DNA of 60,032 bases, the filler included, from Squatina squatina (Eukaryota): assembly GCA_031763465.1 (NCBI GenBank). It is 3 parts of 3 records of this genome, joined end to end, with 100 filler letters (N's around TTAATTAATTAA, not from the genome) between each part and the next. Parts side by side here need not be neighbours in the genome. Positions count along the whole stretch, not along the records: positions 12,396 to 44,183 come from JARFOE010000080.1; positions 44,284 to 60,032 come from JARFOE010000001.1; 1 more part is not named here. The stretch is one strand, 5' to 3'. The notes beneath the pieces were generated by a model, which was not told where the DNA came from, did not search any database, and was given only the letters and a program-made list of their open reading frames with translations. Every line of letters starts with the position of its first letter. Position 1 is the first letter of the stretch. Position numbers and translations under genes: made by a program. This document shows, piece by piece, positions 35,138-49,033 of the stretch.

Positions 35138-37135
35138 ATCAACCTAGTGAACCTTCTCTGAACTGCCTCCAATGCAAGTATATCCTTCCTTAAATAAGGG
35201 GACCAAAACTGTGCACAGTACTCTAGGTGTGGTCTCACCTGCGCCCTGTACAGCTGCAGCAAGACTTCCCTGCTTTTATACTCCATCCCTCTTGAAATAA
35301 AGGCCAACGTTCCATTTGCCTTCCCAATTACCTGCTGCACCTGTGTTTCATATACGAGGACCCCCGAATCCCTCTATGCCACAGATTTCTGCAGTCTTTC
35401 TCCATTTCAATAATATTCTGCTTTTCCATTCTTCCTACCAAAGTGGGTAACTTCACATTTTCCCACATTATACTCCATCTGAAAAGTTTTTGCCCACTCG
35501 CTTAACCTATCTATATCCCTTTGCAGACTCTTTGTATTGACCTCACAACTTGCTTTCCCATCTATCTTTGTATCAGCAGCAAATTCGGCTGCAATACATT
35601 CGCTTCCTTCATCCAAGTGACTAATATAGATTGTAAATAGTTGCAGCCCTGGCACCGACCCCTGTGGCACCCCACTAGTTACAGATTGCCATCCTGAAAA
35701 TGACTGCTTTATCCCCACTGTTTTCTGTTAGTTAGCCAATCCTCTATCCATGCTAATATATTACACCCAGCATGAGCCCTTACCTTATGCAGTAACCTTT
35801 CATGTGGCACCTTATCGAATGCCTTTTTGGAAAACCAAATACACTACATCTACCAGCTCCCCTTTATCCACCCTGCTCATTACTTCCTCAAAGAACTCGA
35901 ATAAATTTGTCAAACACGATTTCACTTTCATAAAACCATGTTGACTCTGCTTGATTATGTTGTGACTTCTAAATGTCCTGCTACTACTTCCTTAATAATG
36001 GATTCTAGCATTTTCCCAATGACAGATGTAAAGCTAACTGGCTTATAGTTACCTGCTTTATGTCTCCCTCCTTTTTTGAATAGGGACGTTACATTTGCGG
36101 TTTTCCAATCTGCTGGGACTTTTCCAGAATCTAGGGAATTTTAGAAGATCACAACCAATGCATCCACTATCTGTGTAGCCACTTCTTTTTACGCCCTAGG
36201 ATGCAAGCCATCAAGTCCAGGTGACTTGTCAGCCTTTAGACCCATTAGTTTGCCTGGTACTTTTTCTCTTGTGATAGTGATTGTTTTAAGTTCCTCACTC
36301 ACTTTTGTCCCTTGATTTTCTACTATTACTGGAATGTTTTTAGTGTCTTCTACTGTGAAAACAGATACAAAATATTTGTTCAATTCCTCTGCCATTTCCT
36401 TGTTTCCCATTATTATTTCCCCGGTCTCATCCTCTAAGGAACCAACATTTACGTTGGCTACTCTTTTCCTTTTTATATACTTGTAGAAGCTATTACTGTC
36501 AGTTTTTATATTTCTTGCTAGTTTACTCTCATAATCTATTTTATCCCTCTTTATTAATTTTTAGTCATCCTTTGCTGGTTTCTAAAAACGTTCCAATCTT
36601 CTGGCTTACCACTAATCTTCACAACATTGTATGCCTTTTCTTTCAATTTGATACCATCCGTAACTTCCTTAGTTAGCCATGGTTGGTTCATTCTTCTCTT
36701 AGAGTTTTTCTTTCTCACTGGAATATATCTTTGTTGAGCGTCATGAAATATCTTAAATGTCTGCCACTGCTTATTACCATCTTACCTTCTCATCTATTTT
36801 CTCAGTCCACTTTAGCCAGCTCTGTCTTTATACCTTTATAATTGCCTTCATTTAAGTTTAATATGCTAGTTTCAGACCCAAGTTTCTCACCCTCAATCTG
36901 AATGTGAAATTCTATCATGTTATGATCACTCTTCCCTAGAGGATCCTTTACTATGAGATCATTAATTAATCCTGTCTCATTATACATTACCAGATCTAAA
37001 ATAGATTGCTCCCACAACGTATTAAGAAACTGTCCCAAATACACTCCATGAACTCGTCCTCAAGGCGACTTTTGCCAATTTGATTTGTCCAATCTATATG
37101 AAGCTTAGAATTGCCCACGCTTATTGCAGTAGGGT
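35138..37135 (-). mobile_element. CR1 LINE ORF2, about 2 kb decayed fragment (EN C-terminus to RT)
   Basis: Serial broken ORFs: LGKSDHNMIEF, KADKSPGLDGLHPR, SGVPQGSV, FAADTKI, VRPHLEYCAQFWSP. Confidence 0.95.
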
Positions 37136-37869
37136 CTGGTTTAGGAGAGAATGATGGATCTGGTGCAATGGCACTGTACCCCACCTGGATAGGCTTCCCT
37201 TAATGTGGAGGGGTCCAATGAAATATTAGGCTTTAGTAATTTAAGCTAATGGCAGTGACTGCAGGACTAATATTTTTGCATATCTGTAATTTCAGCACTT
37301 CATCATACAGTGTGGGACTAATAATGTAACCACAGAGCTGTCGGAATATAAATAAAAAGCAAGCACAAGCACATTGCAACTAAGTGATACAATCAGTTAC
37401 TGAGGCTGTCGCCATGTGTTATACAAGGAGATGAATATTCACTGGAATAATTATGTAAATACCAGGAATAAATTAATATACTTAAGGGCCAGTATAACTG
37501 TTCCCTGCTGTCTGTGTGACTTCATCTTGCTTCTATTTACTGTGTTCAGAAAGAACCCTGTGACTGCACAGCAAATCTTCCAGTTATTGAACCATCGACT
37601 ATCAGCTCCACAACTGTTCCCGCAGCGATTATAATTCACATTTTAACCATTGTACAGAAAGCGAAATAAAGATCAGAACGTACACATGGGATTAAGGGAG
37701 AAGCTGAAATATCAAACAAACTTTAAAAAATATATATATTTTTATTATTTTAAAAATCATGTAATTTCTCAATGTTCTTCTGAGGGAATGAGACTCCACA
37801 CTTCTAAAATTAGTTTTCCAGGGCCAGAGAAGTTGTTCTGCAGTAATTCTGACTTAGCACGGCATTAAA

Positions 37870-38158
37870 AACTCAGCTGCCCCTGAAAGAACAAGGCTTA
37901 GCATTTTCATTGGTATTTACATCGAGAATAGTGCGTAAAAAGTTGAAATTGACGTCGAATCACTGATTCTGTGCCGATTGCATCTGCGAAGACTGCAACA
38001 GCGCACCCTGTGGAGGAGCAGGGTATCACCGAAAGCAATTACTGGATTTCTGCATTTAACTGCACATGTGCGAATGCCAGAAGTTGCATTCAGTTTTACA
38101 CAATAATGACAGCGGATGCTGACAGTTTCGCCGTCATTACAACTGCAAATTCAGGACC
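37870..38158. mobile_element. MITE-like repeat end (second copy at 39580-39716)
   Basis: Shared CTGGATTT..GAAG(T/C)TGC..AATGAC..CAGTTTC..CGTCATT..AAAT..CAGG(A)CC end. Confidence 0.5.
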
Positions 38159-40694
38159 ATTATTTAAGTAACTTCCAGTGCACTTGAGTCCATCCACTGT
38201 CTATGATTGAATTTACTGTTGGGAAGAATGACCACCTAAACTAAGATAAGTCTTGAATCGTACTCCTGATAATATATGTTTTCTAACATTAACATCAAAT
38301 AGTAACAAATGACTTTTGGGATTCAGGCTTNNNNNNNNNNNNNNNNNNNNNNNNNNNNNNNNNNNNNNNNNNNNNNNNNNNNNNNNNNNNNNNNNNNNNN
38401 NNNNNNNNNNNNNNNNNNNNNNNNNNNNNNCAGCATCCAAAAAAAACAAAATTCTCCTAGTGATTTTATAATTTGGAACACACTACTCATCTATTTCAAT
38501 TCCACATGTTTTCAATCAGCTGACATGTGAACTCACTGTTCTCAGGTTTGTGTAAAAATAGGACCATCAATAAATAAACGGCAGTAAAACTTAAATAACA
38601 TACAAGATAAAATAGTAGAATTAAGCAATGACAAAAATGTGAATGAAGGGAAATCACATTTGCTTTGTTTTAAATTTTAATCCAGGATTTATAAAAGGCA
38701 AAAGTATAGAATATTTGAAGGGCGAAAGCCTATTCTCCTCCTTCTTTTCATGAGTGGCGGAGACCCTAAATACTGTAGGTAATTTAACATTCTGTATTAG
38801 AATACAGCCCATATCTCTTGTAGTGAAGTTTAAAGACTGGAGGATTGATATAATCCTTTCCCAAGTGACAGTCATAATGCTCTACTAACAGTGATAGTCT
38901 TACCTTGTGAATGACAATACCAGGATACAGTTTTACATTGAATTGAAATGCATTTTTCATCTTGTTCAGGTTATTCATACATAATGCATTTTAAAAGTAC
39001 ATAAACTCATATTTCTTAAAAAATATTTTCTGACTCTGTCTCTAACAATTTATAAAGAGTCAGAACATTATGTATAATTCATATGCTGTCAGTAGGCTGG
39101 GCATAAATCATCGATTTGATTACATAAATACATTAAATGTCTCTTCTAAAAATATTTTTAACCCTATATATATATATGTGGCTGTAAGCAAATGGTCAGA
39201 ATGTTATATGTAGACTTGCTAGCTATTCCCTCCAGTATACATTGAAATAAAACACCTCCTGAGTTTTCTGTTAAGTTAGAACAACATGCATTTATATCGC
39301 GATCCTCACATATCTCAGAGTGCTTTACAGTCACTCAGAGGCACACAGAATCATAGAACCGTACAGCACAGAAGGGGGCCATTCGGCCCACAGTGCCTGT
39401 GCTGGCTGTTTGAAAGAACTCTCCAGTTAGACCCATTCCCTGCGCTTTGCCCACAGCCCTGCAACTAATCTCGCAATTTNNNNNNNNNNNNNNNNNNNNN
39501 NNNNNNNNNNNNNNNNNNNNNNNNNNNNNNNNNNNNNNNNNNNNNNNNNNNNNNNNNNNNNNNNNNNNNNNNNNNNNNNGCTGACTGAAACTTCTGGATT
39601 TCTGTGTTTATCCGCGCGTGCGCTGACTCCGGAAGCTGCTGTCACTTTCAGAGGAGCAATGACGAGGACGAACGCTGGCAGTTTCAACGTCATTCCCGTC
39701 ACAAAATCCCAGGCCATTAACTGTGCCATGTAGGAACAGGGCAGCTAAAAATGCAAAGAGGCAAGCGATCATTTAAAGTGAAAGAGGTGAAGGATGACCC
39801 AACCCGTCCTTGTAATACCCGGGCACACGATAATTCCTATTTAATCATTCAGTGAAGGAGCATGGTTTGCGATCCTTGTGTACATAGTATTAAATGCTCA
39901 GATTCTGTTAAACCTTTAGCTGATTAGTCTAGGGGGAAAAAAAGCTCTTCTAATCTGCCGATTCTCCGGAGGCTGTGTGCCTTCTGGAGGTCAAAGGGGT
40001 GGCGGTGAGGGATCCTTTCTTTGTCATTGTGGTAATCCTTTCTGCCACAGAAGGCCTTTTCCTTTATCCTAATGACATTTGCTGTTAATCTCTGAGGAGC
40101 AATAGTTTGGCTGTGCAACTGGGTTGAATCAGCGGTAATCTGCCTGGCTGCCGGTGCCCTATAGCTGACATTTAATGAAGTTAATGTATTAAAGTATTAA
40201 ATGATCTTGCGTTTAATTAATTTCCTCTGTGAGTCTGCTTCACATATAATTAGAGGCAGCACCAAAAAAGTTTGAAATAGTGACTGATTAATTGAAGCGT
40301 GACGCGTCTTGGCACTTTGAGACCCAGCGCCTGTTGCTTCGTCCTATTAGAATTCCAAAACTGTACCAGTTTGGTGTAGGTGAGACAAAAAGAGACGTAA
40401 ATCTGTCTTATTTACTTCTTGAATTCAATGAACGGTTCTTTCGCACAACTGTTTCAACTGCAGAATATGACCTTTATTGTAATAACCAATTTAAACATTC
40501 ATTCAATATTTACCACTTAGCCTTTTGTTCAATAGATAATTTCCTCGAGGTACATTTAATGAGACGTATCTTGTAGGAACTATTTGTCCTAAAGTTGTGT
40601 CGCAAGTAAAATAAAGTGTGAGGCAAAAGGGCGAATGTGACCTTTAAAGAGGTTCCTCTGCGCACGAGTTTGTTTTCCAACTATTGATGCACGT

Positions 40695-41007
40695 AACATA
40701 AGACCATAAGAAATAGGAGCAGGAGTCGGCCATTCGGCCCCTCGAGCCTGCTCCGCCATTCAATGAGACCATGGCTGATCTTCTACTTCAACACCATTTT
40801 CCTGCACTATCCCCATAGCCCTCGATGCTTTTAGAAATCTATCAATCTCCGTTTTGAATGTAATCAAGGACTGAGCCTCCACAGCACTCTGGGGTAGAGA
40901 ATTCCAAAGATTTTCTATCCTCTGAGTGAAGAAATTTCTCCTCATCTCAGTCCTAAATGGCCGACCTCTTATCCTGAGACTGTTACCCCTCATTCTAGAC
41001 TCCCCAN
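40695..41007 (-). mobile_element. CR1 LINE 3' end
   Basis: RGRPFRTEMRRNFFTQRIENLWNSLP plus tail. Confidence 0.9.
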
Positions 41008-41329
41008 NNNNNNNNNNNNNNNNNNNNNNNNNNNNNNNNNNNNNNNNNNNNNNNNNNNNNNNNNNNNNNNNNNNNNNNNNNNNNNNNNNNNNNNNNNNNN
41101 NNNNNNGCTGTGGATCTTAATAGTCTGCTGCAACTTTCTCTAGGCAGCAGCCTGCTTCCCTATCAATTTCTGCATCTTGTATTTTCAGGTCATGCACGCT
41201 TGCAACCTTATTTCTCTGTCTTTCTAGAAAGCCATCCAAGGATGATGGAGGGTGCATAATTTTTCCCGAAGAGCAGGGATGGGAATGAATCTGAATCTGT
41301 GACCTGAATAGTTATGTTGTTTTACACAG

Positions 41330-41445
41330 ACTGGCAAGCATAGCAAATATCACTGGGGATTTCACATTTGGTACAGCGCCAAGCTACTTCTATGCAGTGG
41401 TTCAGCAGCGTCGCAAGCTTTGTGACTTCCATTACAAGGAAGAGG
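41330..41445 (+). other. Unidentified candidate exon
   Basis: Acceptor gttgttttacacag and strong donor G|gtaagt; one open frame, LASIANITGDFTFGTAPSYFYAVVQQRRKLCDFHYKEE. Protein not recognised. Confidence 0.3.
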
Positions 41446-42832
41446 GTAAGTATCTCTTTGCATCACCTTGGTAATTATTGAATTTTTAAAGAGGTTGTGT
41501 GAATGGTAATAAATTAATCCCCTCGTATAGCTGGCATTTTAAATCCTCCTCGTGGTTCATTATTTTCATGAGCAAAGCTTTTTGCTTTTATCTATATTCA
41601 CATGTACAGGTCTTTTCTGTGCAGACTGCTTTTGTATTCACTTTGATGGGTTTGAAGTTCAAGGTTACTGAGAAATCCAATGCTATGTCACTTGCAACAC
41701 ATTACTTTTCTCCTTTCCTTCTGTATCAATACATGTTATGGCATAATTGCAGACAAATATTTCTCCTTTCCCTTGTAATAGTTGCTCGCGCTTTCAGATA
41801 GGCTTTTACAGATGCTGTTATTTATTAGTCGAAGCTTATCACAATTATATTTTACAGTAATGAAAACCTATTTAAGCCAGGAAAGGTCTGAGAGGTCGCC
41901 TTATAGAGGCATACAAGACAGTTACAGAAATTAAAGAAGTAAATTCAGAATNNNNNNNNNNNNNNNNNNNNNNNNNNNNNNNNNNNNNNNNNNNNNNNNN
42001 NNNNNNNNNNNNNNNNNNNNNNNNNNNNNNNNNNNNNNNNNNNNNNNNNNNCTCAGCCTTCTATTTTCTCGCGAAAAGAGCCCCAGCTTGTTCAGCCTTT
42101 CCTGATGAGTATAACCTCTCAGTTCTGACATCATCGTTGTAAATTTTAATTGCATCTTCCCCAGTGCCTCTCGATCCTTTTTATAATATTGAGACCAGAA
42201 ATGTGCACCCAATGAAGTAATCCTTCAGTAAAAATTTTTAATTCAACAAATTTGGTCGATAAGATGTAATTTTTGAGTGTTTGTATTATTGATTATATAG
42301 CCTACAGCCTACAGAATGGTAGGAGTATAAAAAATGTTTACATGCCGACAGTTTCATTTTCCCCCTTTCCTGAACACCCACTGGTCATAATCTGATTAAT
42401 TTAAACCACCCCTGATCCTTCCAGTAATCTAGTATTAAATGCAATCACATTTCCCTTGAGAGTGACCTAGATAATTATCTTTAACTGAAGTCGCAGGCTA
42501 CAGTTTATTCAAGCGACTACAAATAGTCAGCCATAACTGTGTGTACAAAAAATTATCACCTAAAGACAGTCTGATATAAAACAAGATTAACAACATTTCA
42601 AATAGAAATGGACTCTGGATTCTCCTCCAGGCCCCACAAGGAAGCCTCAGGCCTCCCTTGTTCTGGGCTCCTCCAATCACAGCCAAGAAGTTTCCACCCA
42701 CCCCAACCGAACCAATTAATTACTTTTTAAAGGATAGTTGCTGTTGGTATGAAGGCAAACAAAGCAGCCAATTGCACACCGCAAAGTCCTACAAACAGCA
42801 TATTAGATGAACGACCAGTTAATATGTTATTT

Positions 42833-43243
42833 TCATCTCATCCGTGCCTTTGTTACCTCTAGACTTGACTATTCCAATGCTCTCCTGGCCAGCCTCCGTA
42901 AACTCAGCTGCCCGTGTCCTTACTTCGCACCAACTCATGTTCACCCATCAACCCTGTGCTCGCTGACCTATATTGGCTCCCGGTTAAGCAATGCCTCGAT
43001 TTTAAAAATTCTCATCCTTGCTTTAAAATCCCTCCATGGCCTCACCCATCCCTATCTCAGTAACCTCCTCCAGCCCTACAACCCTCCGAGATACCTGCGC
43101 TTCTCCCATTCTGGCCTCTTGAGAATTCCTGATTTTAATTGCTCCATCGGCGTTGGGTGTGCCACCAACTGCCAAGGCCCTAAATTTTGTAATTCACCCC
43201 TTTAAACCTTACTGTTTCTCTACCACTCTTCCCTCCTTTAAGA
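42833..43243 (+). mobile_element. L2 LINE 3' fragment
   Basis: LIRAFVTSRLDYSNALLA motif of L2 ORF2. Confidence 0.85.
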
Positions 43244-43824
43244 NNNNNNNNNNNNNNNNNNNNNNNNNNNNNNNNNNNNNNNNNNNNNNNNNNNNNNNNN
43301 NNNNNNNNNNNNNNNNNNNNNNNNNNNNNNNNNNNNNNNNNNNCCATGATCATACTGAATGGCGGTGCAGGCTCGAAGGGCCAAATGGCCTACTCCTGCA
43401 CCTATTTTCTATGTTTCTATAAAACTGTTGTGTCCCTCTTTAAATAGAAAATCATTGTCTGTCTCTGTCTGTCTTTCCCGATGTTCTTTTAAAAATTTTC
43501 TTTCAAATATTTATTCACATTTTTAAAAGCCATTATGGATTCTGCTTCCACCACTTTTTCTGGTAGTCACATGTTCTAACAAACCTATGCATAAAAAAAC
43601 TCTTAACCTCACCCATTATCCTTTTAGTGATCTTAAAATTCAGTTACCAATGCAAATAGTTTTTCCTAATTTATGTTCAGACTTGAGGTTTTAATAGCTT
43701 TACTGGATCTCTTAAACTTTTTTTCTAATAGTTTTCCAGAATTTAAAATAAAATCTATTACTTATTAACCCCAGAAGATGGAGTTGTGGAATATAAACTG
43801 TACCAGAGGATGATCAGACAACAG

Positions 43825-43910
43825 AGCACCATCTGGTGATGTGACAGGGAGCTGTTATAGGCCAGTGGAGATGTTAATGTTTGAAGTCCCATTAGAGCGC
43901 CACCTAGGGG
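43825..43910 (-). promoter_or_regulatory. Two co-oriented CTCF-like motifs
   Basis: Minus-strand TCACCAGATGGTGCT (43825-43839) and CCCCTAGGTGGCGCT (43896-43910) versus the CCAC/GxAGG/ATGGCGC consensus. Confidence 0.55.
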
Positions 43911-44227
43911 TGTAACCAATAAGTGTTGCTATTTTAATGTTGGTGTTCCTATAGGAAATGTTTCCATCGCAGGTTTCAGTGAACACTAAGAATTGTAATC
44001 TATAGATGTACTTGTATCTACTCAGACTTTTACAGATCTGTATCAGCTTGCTCAGAAGGGAAGAACTTTCAAAATGTGTGTAGGAGGGAACTGTGCCCCT
44101 CATTTCATTAAGTCTTTAGGAAGATTCATTTATTAGCAAGGCCTTGAGAAGCGTAACTTGTAGCAAGTTGATTTGAAGGTACTNNNNNNNNNNNNNNNNN
44201 NNNNNNNNNNNNNNNNNNNNNNNNNNN

Positions 44228-44239
44228 TTAATTAATTAA
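44228..44239. other. Artificial six-frame-stop scaffold linker TTAATTAATTAA
   Basis: N44-linker-N44, as at 12340. Confidence 0.95.
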
Positions 44240-45230
44240 NNNNNNNNNNNNNNNNNNNNNNNNNNNNNNNNNNNNNNNNNNNNATGGCCGCCCAGTGTGC
44301 ACCTGAAAACAGGGCCAGCAGATGAAAATCCAGGGAGGCAATCTCTCAGCCACTCCTTTGACGCCCAAGACCCACCTGATGTGATATTTCAGGCAGGCCG
44401 TTAAATGGGTAAGCAGCCCAGCCGCCAGAAACAGGCGCAAGGCTGCTTAAAGATACAAATCAGGGTCATACATGTGGCGCATGTTCTGCCTACCAGATCT
44501 TGAGTGGCCTAACCAGTGGTCTTTAATAGGACCACTGAAGGCCGCTCAAAAAAAAAAGGCCTAAAATATTTTAATTTTTATTTTTCTGGACCAGGAGTAA
44601 CAGCATTGCTTTTCTTGGGCCTACAAGAAAAAAAAAATATCCAACGGCATTTTCACAGCCCCCCTCGCCACCAACCCCAAGGATTGCCTCCTCTCCCAGA
44701 CTCACCCTGCTGGCCGATTTCCCACCCTCTCTGAACGGCGAGCTGCAGCAGTCGCTGGCAGCCTTTAAATGAGCCCGAAGCCAAATTTGGATTGGGCCTC
44801 AGGCCAGCACAGACCATTGTGCAGAAAAGTCGCTCTGGCAACTTTGTACACCTTTTGAGTGCAAGTCGAATTGCTCGACTCCCAACTTTTGCTGTGACAT
44901 AATTTGGTTCCCCTGGTGTCCGTAACACTCTGGTTTCTCAACCAAGTAGCTGCTGTTTATGTGCAAACCTGACAGTGGATAGCAACAAACTAGTTAACTA
45001 TGGAATCAAAGTCAAGGCCAATTCTCACCACATACCTAAACATTCCAGCTGGAGTCACCAGATAGTGGTCAGGGTGGAAACCCAGTTTATTTTCCTTTTC
45101 TTTCCTGGTGACACTGAGATCAGCTAACTAATTATGGAACGGGGACTTTCCTGGTCTGTATGGCTCAGTGCCACATCACACGTTGCATTTACTGTACTTA
45201 CTGTTAAGAGCTGTAACAGAGAGACTCCTA

Positions 45231-45392
<162 letters not shown>

Positions 45393-45996
45393 TTAACAAA
45401 ACACAGTCATTAATATTTCACAAGACATTGCTAGAAGAAACAAAAAAAGTGAAGAATTGTTTCTGCCTTTGAAAAAGAACTTATGACCAGTTATTATACA
45501 CCTAGTTTACAAGGAGCCTATAGCAATGATGAACATGTTATAATAATTACCTGATAACCATATCGGCGTACTCAGTGTGCTGCTTGTACCAAAGTACTTT
45601 GTTGCAAGCTTTGGCACCTAACATATTATTGATCAAAAGCAAAATACTCACTGAAAATCATAACTATAACTCTCTCAATAGCCAAATGGGCAAAAGGTAC
45701 CATCCAATCTATCACAAAGCCATATGACACAGAAGATCCTAGGTTCCATTTCATTCTTTGTGCGGAGTTTGTTAAATTCAGCCCGGGCAGCAGGTGTGGG
45801 TGTTGCAATTGGCCTTAGCTTTCTGGGCCAGTCAGTGGAAAAAGTCAGCCAGGATTTCCACTCATGGTTAAAAGTGTGTATTTGTGGCTGCCAGCTNNNN
45901 NNNNNNNNNNNNNNNNNNNNNNNNNNNNNNNNNNNNNNNNNNNNNNNNNNNNNNNNNNNNNNNNNNNNNNNNNNNNNNNNNNNNNNNNNNNNNNNN

Positions 45997-46875
45997 TTCA
46001 ACTACTCTCTGTGGTAGCGAGTTCCATATTCTTAACACTCTTTGGGTAAAGAAGATTTTTTCTGAATTCCTTACTTGATTTCTGAGTGACTAACTCAGAT
46101 TGCTGATCCCTAGTTTTGCCCTTCCCCACAAGTGGAAACACATTCTCTATGTCTATTCTCTATGTCTACTCTTACCAAAATCTTTTATAATTTTACAGAC
46201 CTCTATTAGGTCACCCCTTAGCCTTGGCTTTTCAAGAGAAAAGGGACCCAGCCTGTACATCCTTTCCTGATAGAACCTTGCAGTTCTGGTATCATCCTTG
46301 AAAATCTTTTTTGCACCCTCACAAGTGCCTCTGTACCTTTTCCAAAATATGGTGACCAGAACTGCACACATTACTCCAAGGGTGATCTAACCAAGGTTCA
46401 ATATAGGTTGACCATAACTTCCCAACTTTTCAATTCTATCCCTCTGGAAATAAACCCTAGTGCTTAATTTGCTTTTGTTATGGCCTTATTGACCTGCATC
46501 GTAACTTTTAGTGAATTGTATATTTATACTCCCAGGTCCCTTTGCTCTTCTACCCCATTTCGATTCTTGTTATCCACATAATATGTGACCTCCTTATTTT
46601 TGATACCTCACACTTAACTGCGTTGGAATTCATTTGCCAATTATACGCCCATTCTTCAAGTTTATTAATGTCTTCTTCTAACTTGTTGCAGCCCTCCTCG
46701 GTGTTGACTATCCCCACCCCCAATTTGGTGTTGTCTGCAAATTTAGAAATTTGTGTTTGTGATTCCAAAGTCTAAATCATTTTGATCCCAAAGTCTAAGT
46801 TATGAACAACAGTGTTGTTCCTTGTGGGACCCCACTGCCCACTTCCTGCCACTCTGAATAGCTACTCTTTACACC
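45997..46875 (-). mobile_element. CR1 LINE ORF2 fragment
   Basis: SGVPQG, SKFADNTKLG and LRGDLIEV motifs. Confidence 0.9.
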
Positions 46876-47971
46876 NNNNNNNNNNNNNNNNNNNNNNNNN
46901 NNNNNNNNNNNNNNNNNNNNNNNNNNNNNNNNNNNNNNNNNNNNNNNNNNNNNNNNNNNNNNNNNNNNNNNNNNNCCCATGGCAATTGATATGCACAGTG
47001 GGAAATTTATGAGTTAGCCCTGCCCCGCTGCCCCCCCCCCCCCGCCCCCCCAACTCCTGATCTCGGCAAAACCAGTAGAAAGAACACGGTGATAGACCAT
47101 ATAGTTCAGGCTAAAATCTAGAATGTGGGTGGAATGATCCTTGTACCTCTCGCCCCTAAAATTAATCATTCAAACCCTGTTAATGTGGCGCTAATATCCT
47201 TGGAGTCCTCAAGGTGCCATTCTAGTGAGTTGTCATTTCATTACTTATGACATGATATAACAATGCTAATAAATCCTGGCACGTTCACACAGTGCACTCT
47301 TATCCTATAATGTGAGTTATTTTGGGTCATATGTTTATTACTGAGAGCAATCTATTTGGACAGGACTGTGTATGATGGCTGTTGTGATAAATGAAGAATT
47401 ATTGCAGTAGTTGGGCATGTTGAATATAACACTTCACTGTGCACTTTGTAAATATTTTGACATAAAATGTGGTTGTTTAAATAGTGTGTTTAATGGCATG
47501 AATTCCAGAGGGGTTTGGATAAGACGGGTGTTGTGGTTTGAAAAGTTCTTTCAAAGGCTTTGAAGTAAAATTTATATTTTTAACAGAGAATCTGTGGGTG
47601 AGAATGAGGGAAATTTGACTTATGATTGTACATCTGTTGTAGCTTTTTAATTTTCTTTCAACTTTAGTGTGTTCAGCTGCTAAGGAGGAAGAGGGAAAAT
47701 AAAAAAGGGGAAGAAGGAGAGTTATTCACTTATGTTTTGCTTATAGTTGCCAAAGGTAATTGCTAATTCCTTACACCTGTAAGACAGGCTTAATTGCTAA
47801 CACGTATGAAAGAAACACACAAACAAGATGGATACAAAAGCAACAGTATTTACATACATGCCAAACTGCATACTTATCTACAGAATTTTGACTTCCCAGA
47901 GCAGAATGTATTAACTCTCTCTATATGCAGCTTACATTTTGACAAAGGTGGTGACCATATGCTTCACTTAC

Positions 47972-48138
47972 CATCATCAGCTGATTTTTTAGTTAATTTT
48001 GGATACCGTTGAAACTTGACATAATAGTAGCTTTCATACTCCATTAGGATGGTTTCCAGGTCAATATTATCACAAACTTCAAAACGTCGTAATCCTAGAC
48101 TGGTTTCTTGTTCCAATGTATTTGCCGTATCTATATAA
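47972..48138 (-). CDS. KATNAL2: KATNAL2 N-terminal (LisH-region) exon
   Basis: ctcattcaatag|..|gtaagt, 167 nt: (G)[55 protein letters not shown]. Confidence 0.95.
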
Positions 48139-49033
48139 CTATTGAATGAGAGAGAGAGTAAAGAAGGGAAAGATAAATGTGTTTTGACTGTATGGTTTAG
48201 ACATGCCTAAAACAGACACTGACAGAACTGTTCCACTCCAAAGAAAATTTTGAAAAGCAAAAAAAAATTTAAATTCTATTCTGCCTGCTGACAGGAATTG
48301 CAAAATTTCCATNNNNNNNNNNNNNNNNNNNNNNNNNNNNNNNNNNNNNNNNNNNNNNNNNNNNNNNNNNNNNNNNNNNNNNNNNNNNNNNNNNNNNNNN
48401 NNNNNNNNNNNNTCCCTGCTTTCTCCCCATATCCCTTGCTCCCTTTAGCCTTAAGAGCTATATCTAACTCCTTCTTGAATATATTTAATATTGTATCGTG
48501 TGATTATCAGGATAGTAGAAGATAAACTGGATGGTCTTTTTTCGTCTAGCAATTCCTGTGTCGGTGATTCACCAGTAGTTTTGTCAATAATATTGGCTCC
48601 CTTTCTCTTTCCCTGGGCTGTGGGTTTAAAGAGAACTTTGATTTTACATCATTTAAAATTAATGTGAAGATAACTTCATTTGAATGCTGAAATGTATCCA
48701 ATTTAAATCTGAGCGACAGTAAATTGCTGTAAATTCAACCTAGCATGTTTACGTATGAGTTGAAATAGAATTTATATAGTACACAAAAGGAATGCAAGTA
48801 TTCACTGGCCTAATGTGATAAAGCTAAGGAGATTCTAGGTCCCACAGCATTTTCCAGTTTCAAGATAACAATTTCTTTAGATTGTGTCACAGTAAGCATT
48901 GAATACAAAATGACTTGATTAGTAAGTTAGTATTTTTCTCAATATTAAGAGTTATAGATTTAAAAAGTTAGTAACACTAAGCAATGATGGTAGATGAAAA
49001 TATTTAGTTTCACTGCTTTTTTTTATCTTTCAG

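Noticed and set aside
47017-47052. C-run with G-quadruplex potential
   Set aside because: Low-complexity tract in an intronic, repeat-like context; nothing supports function.
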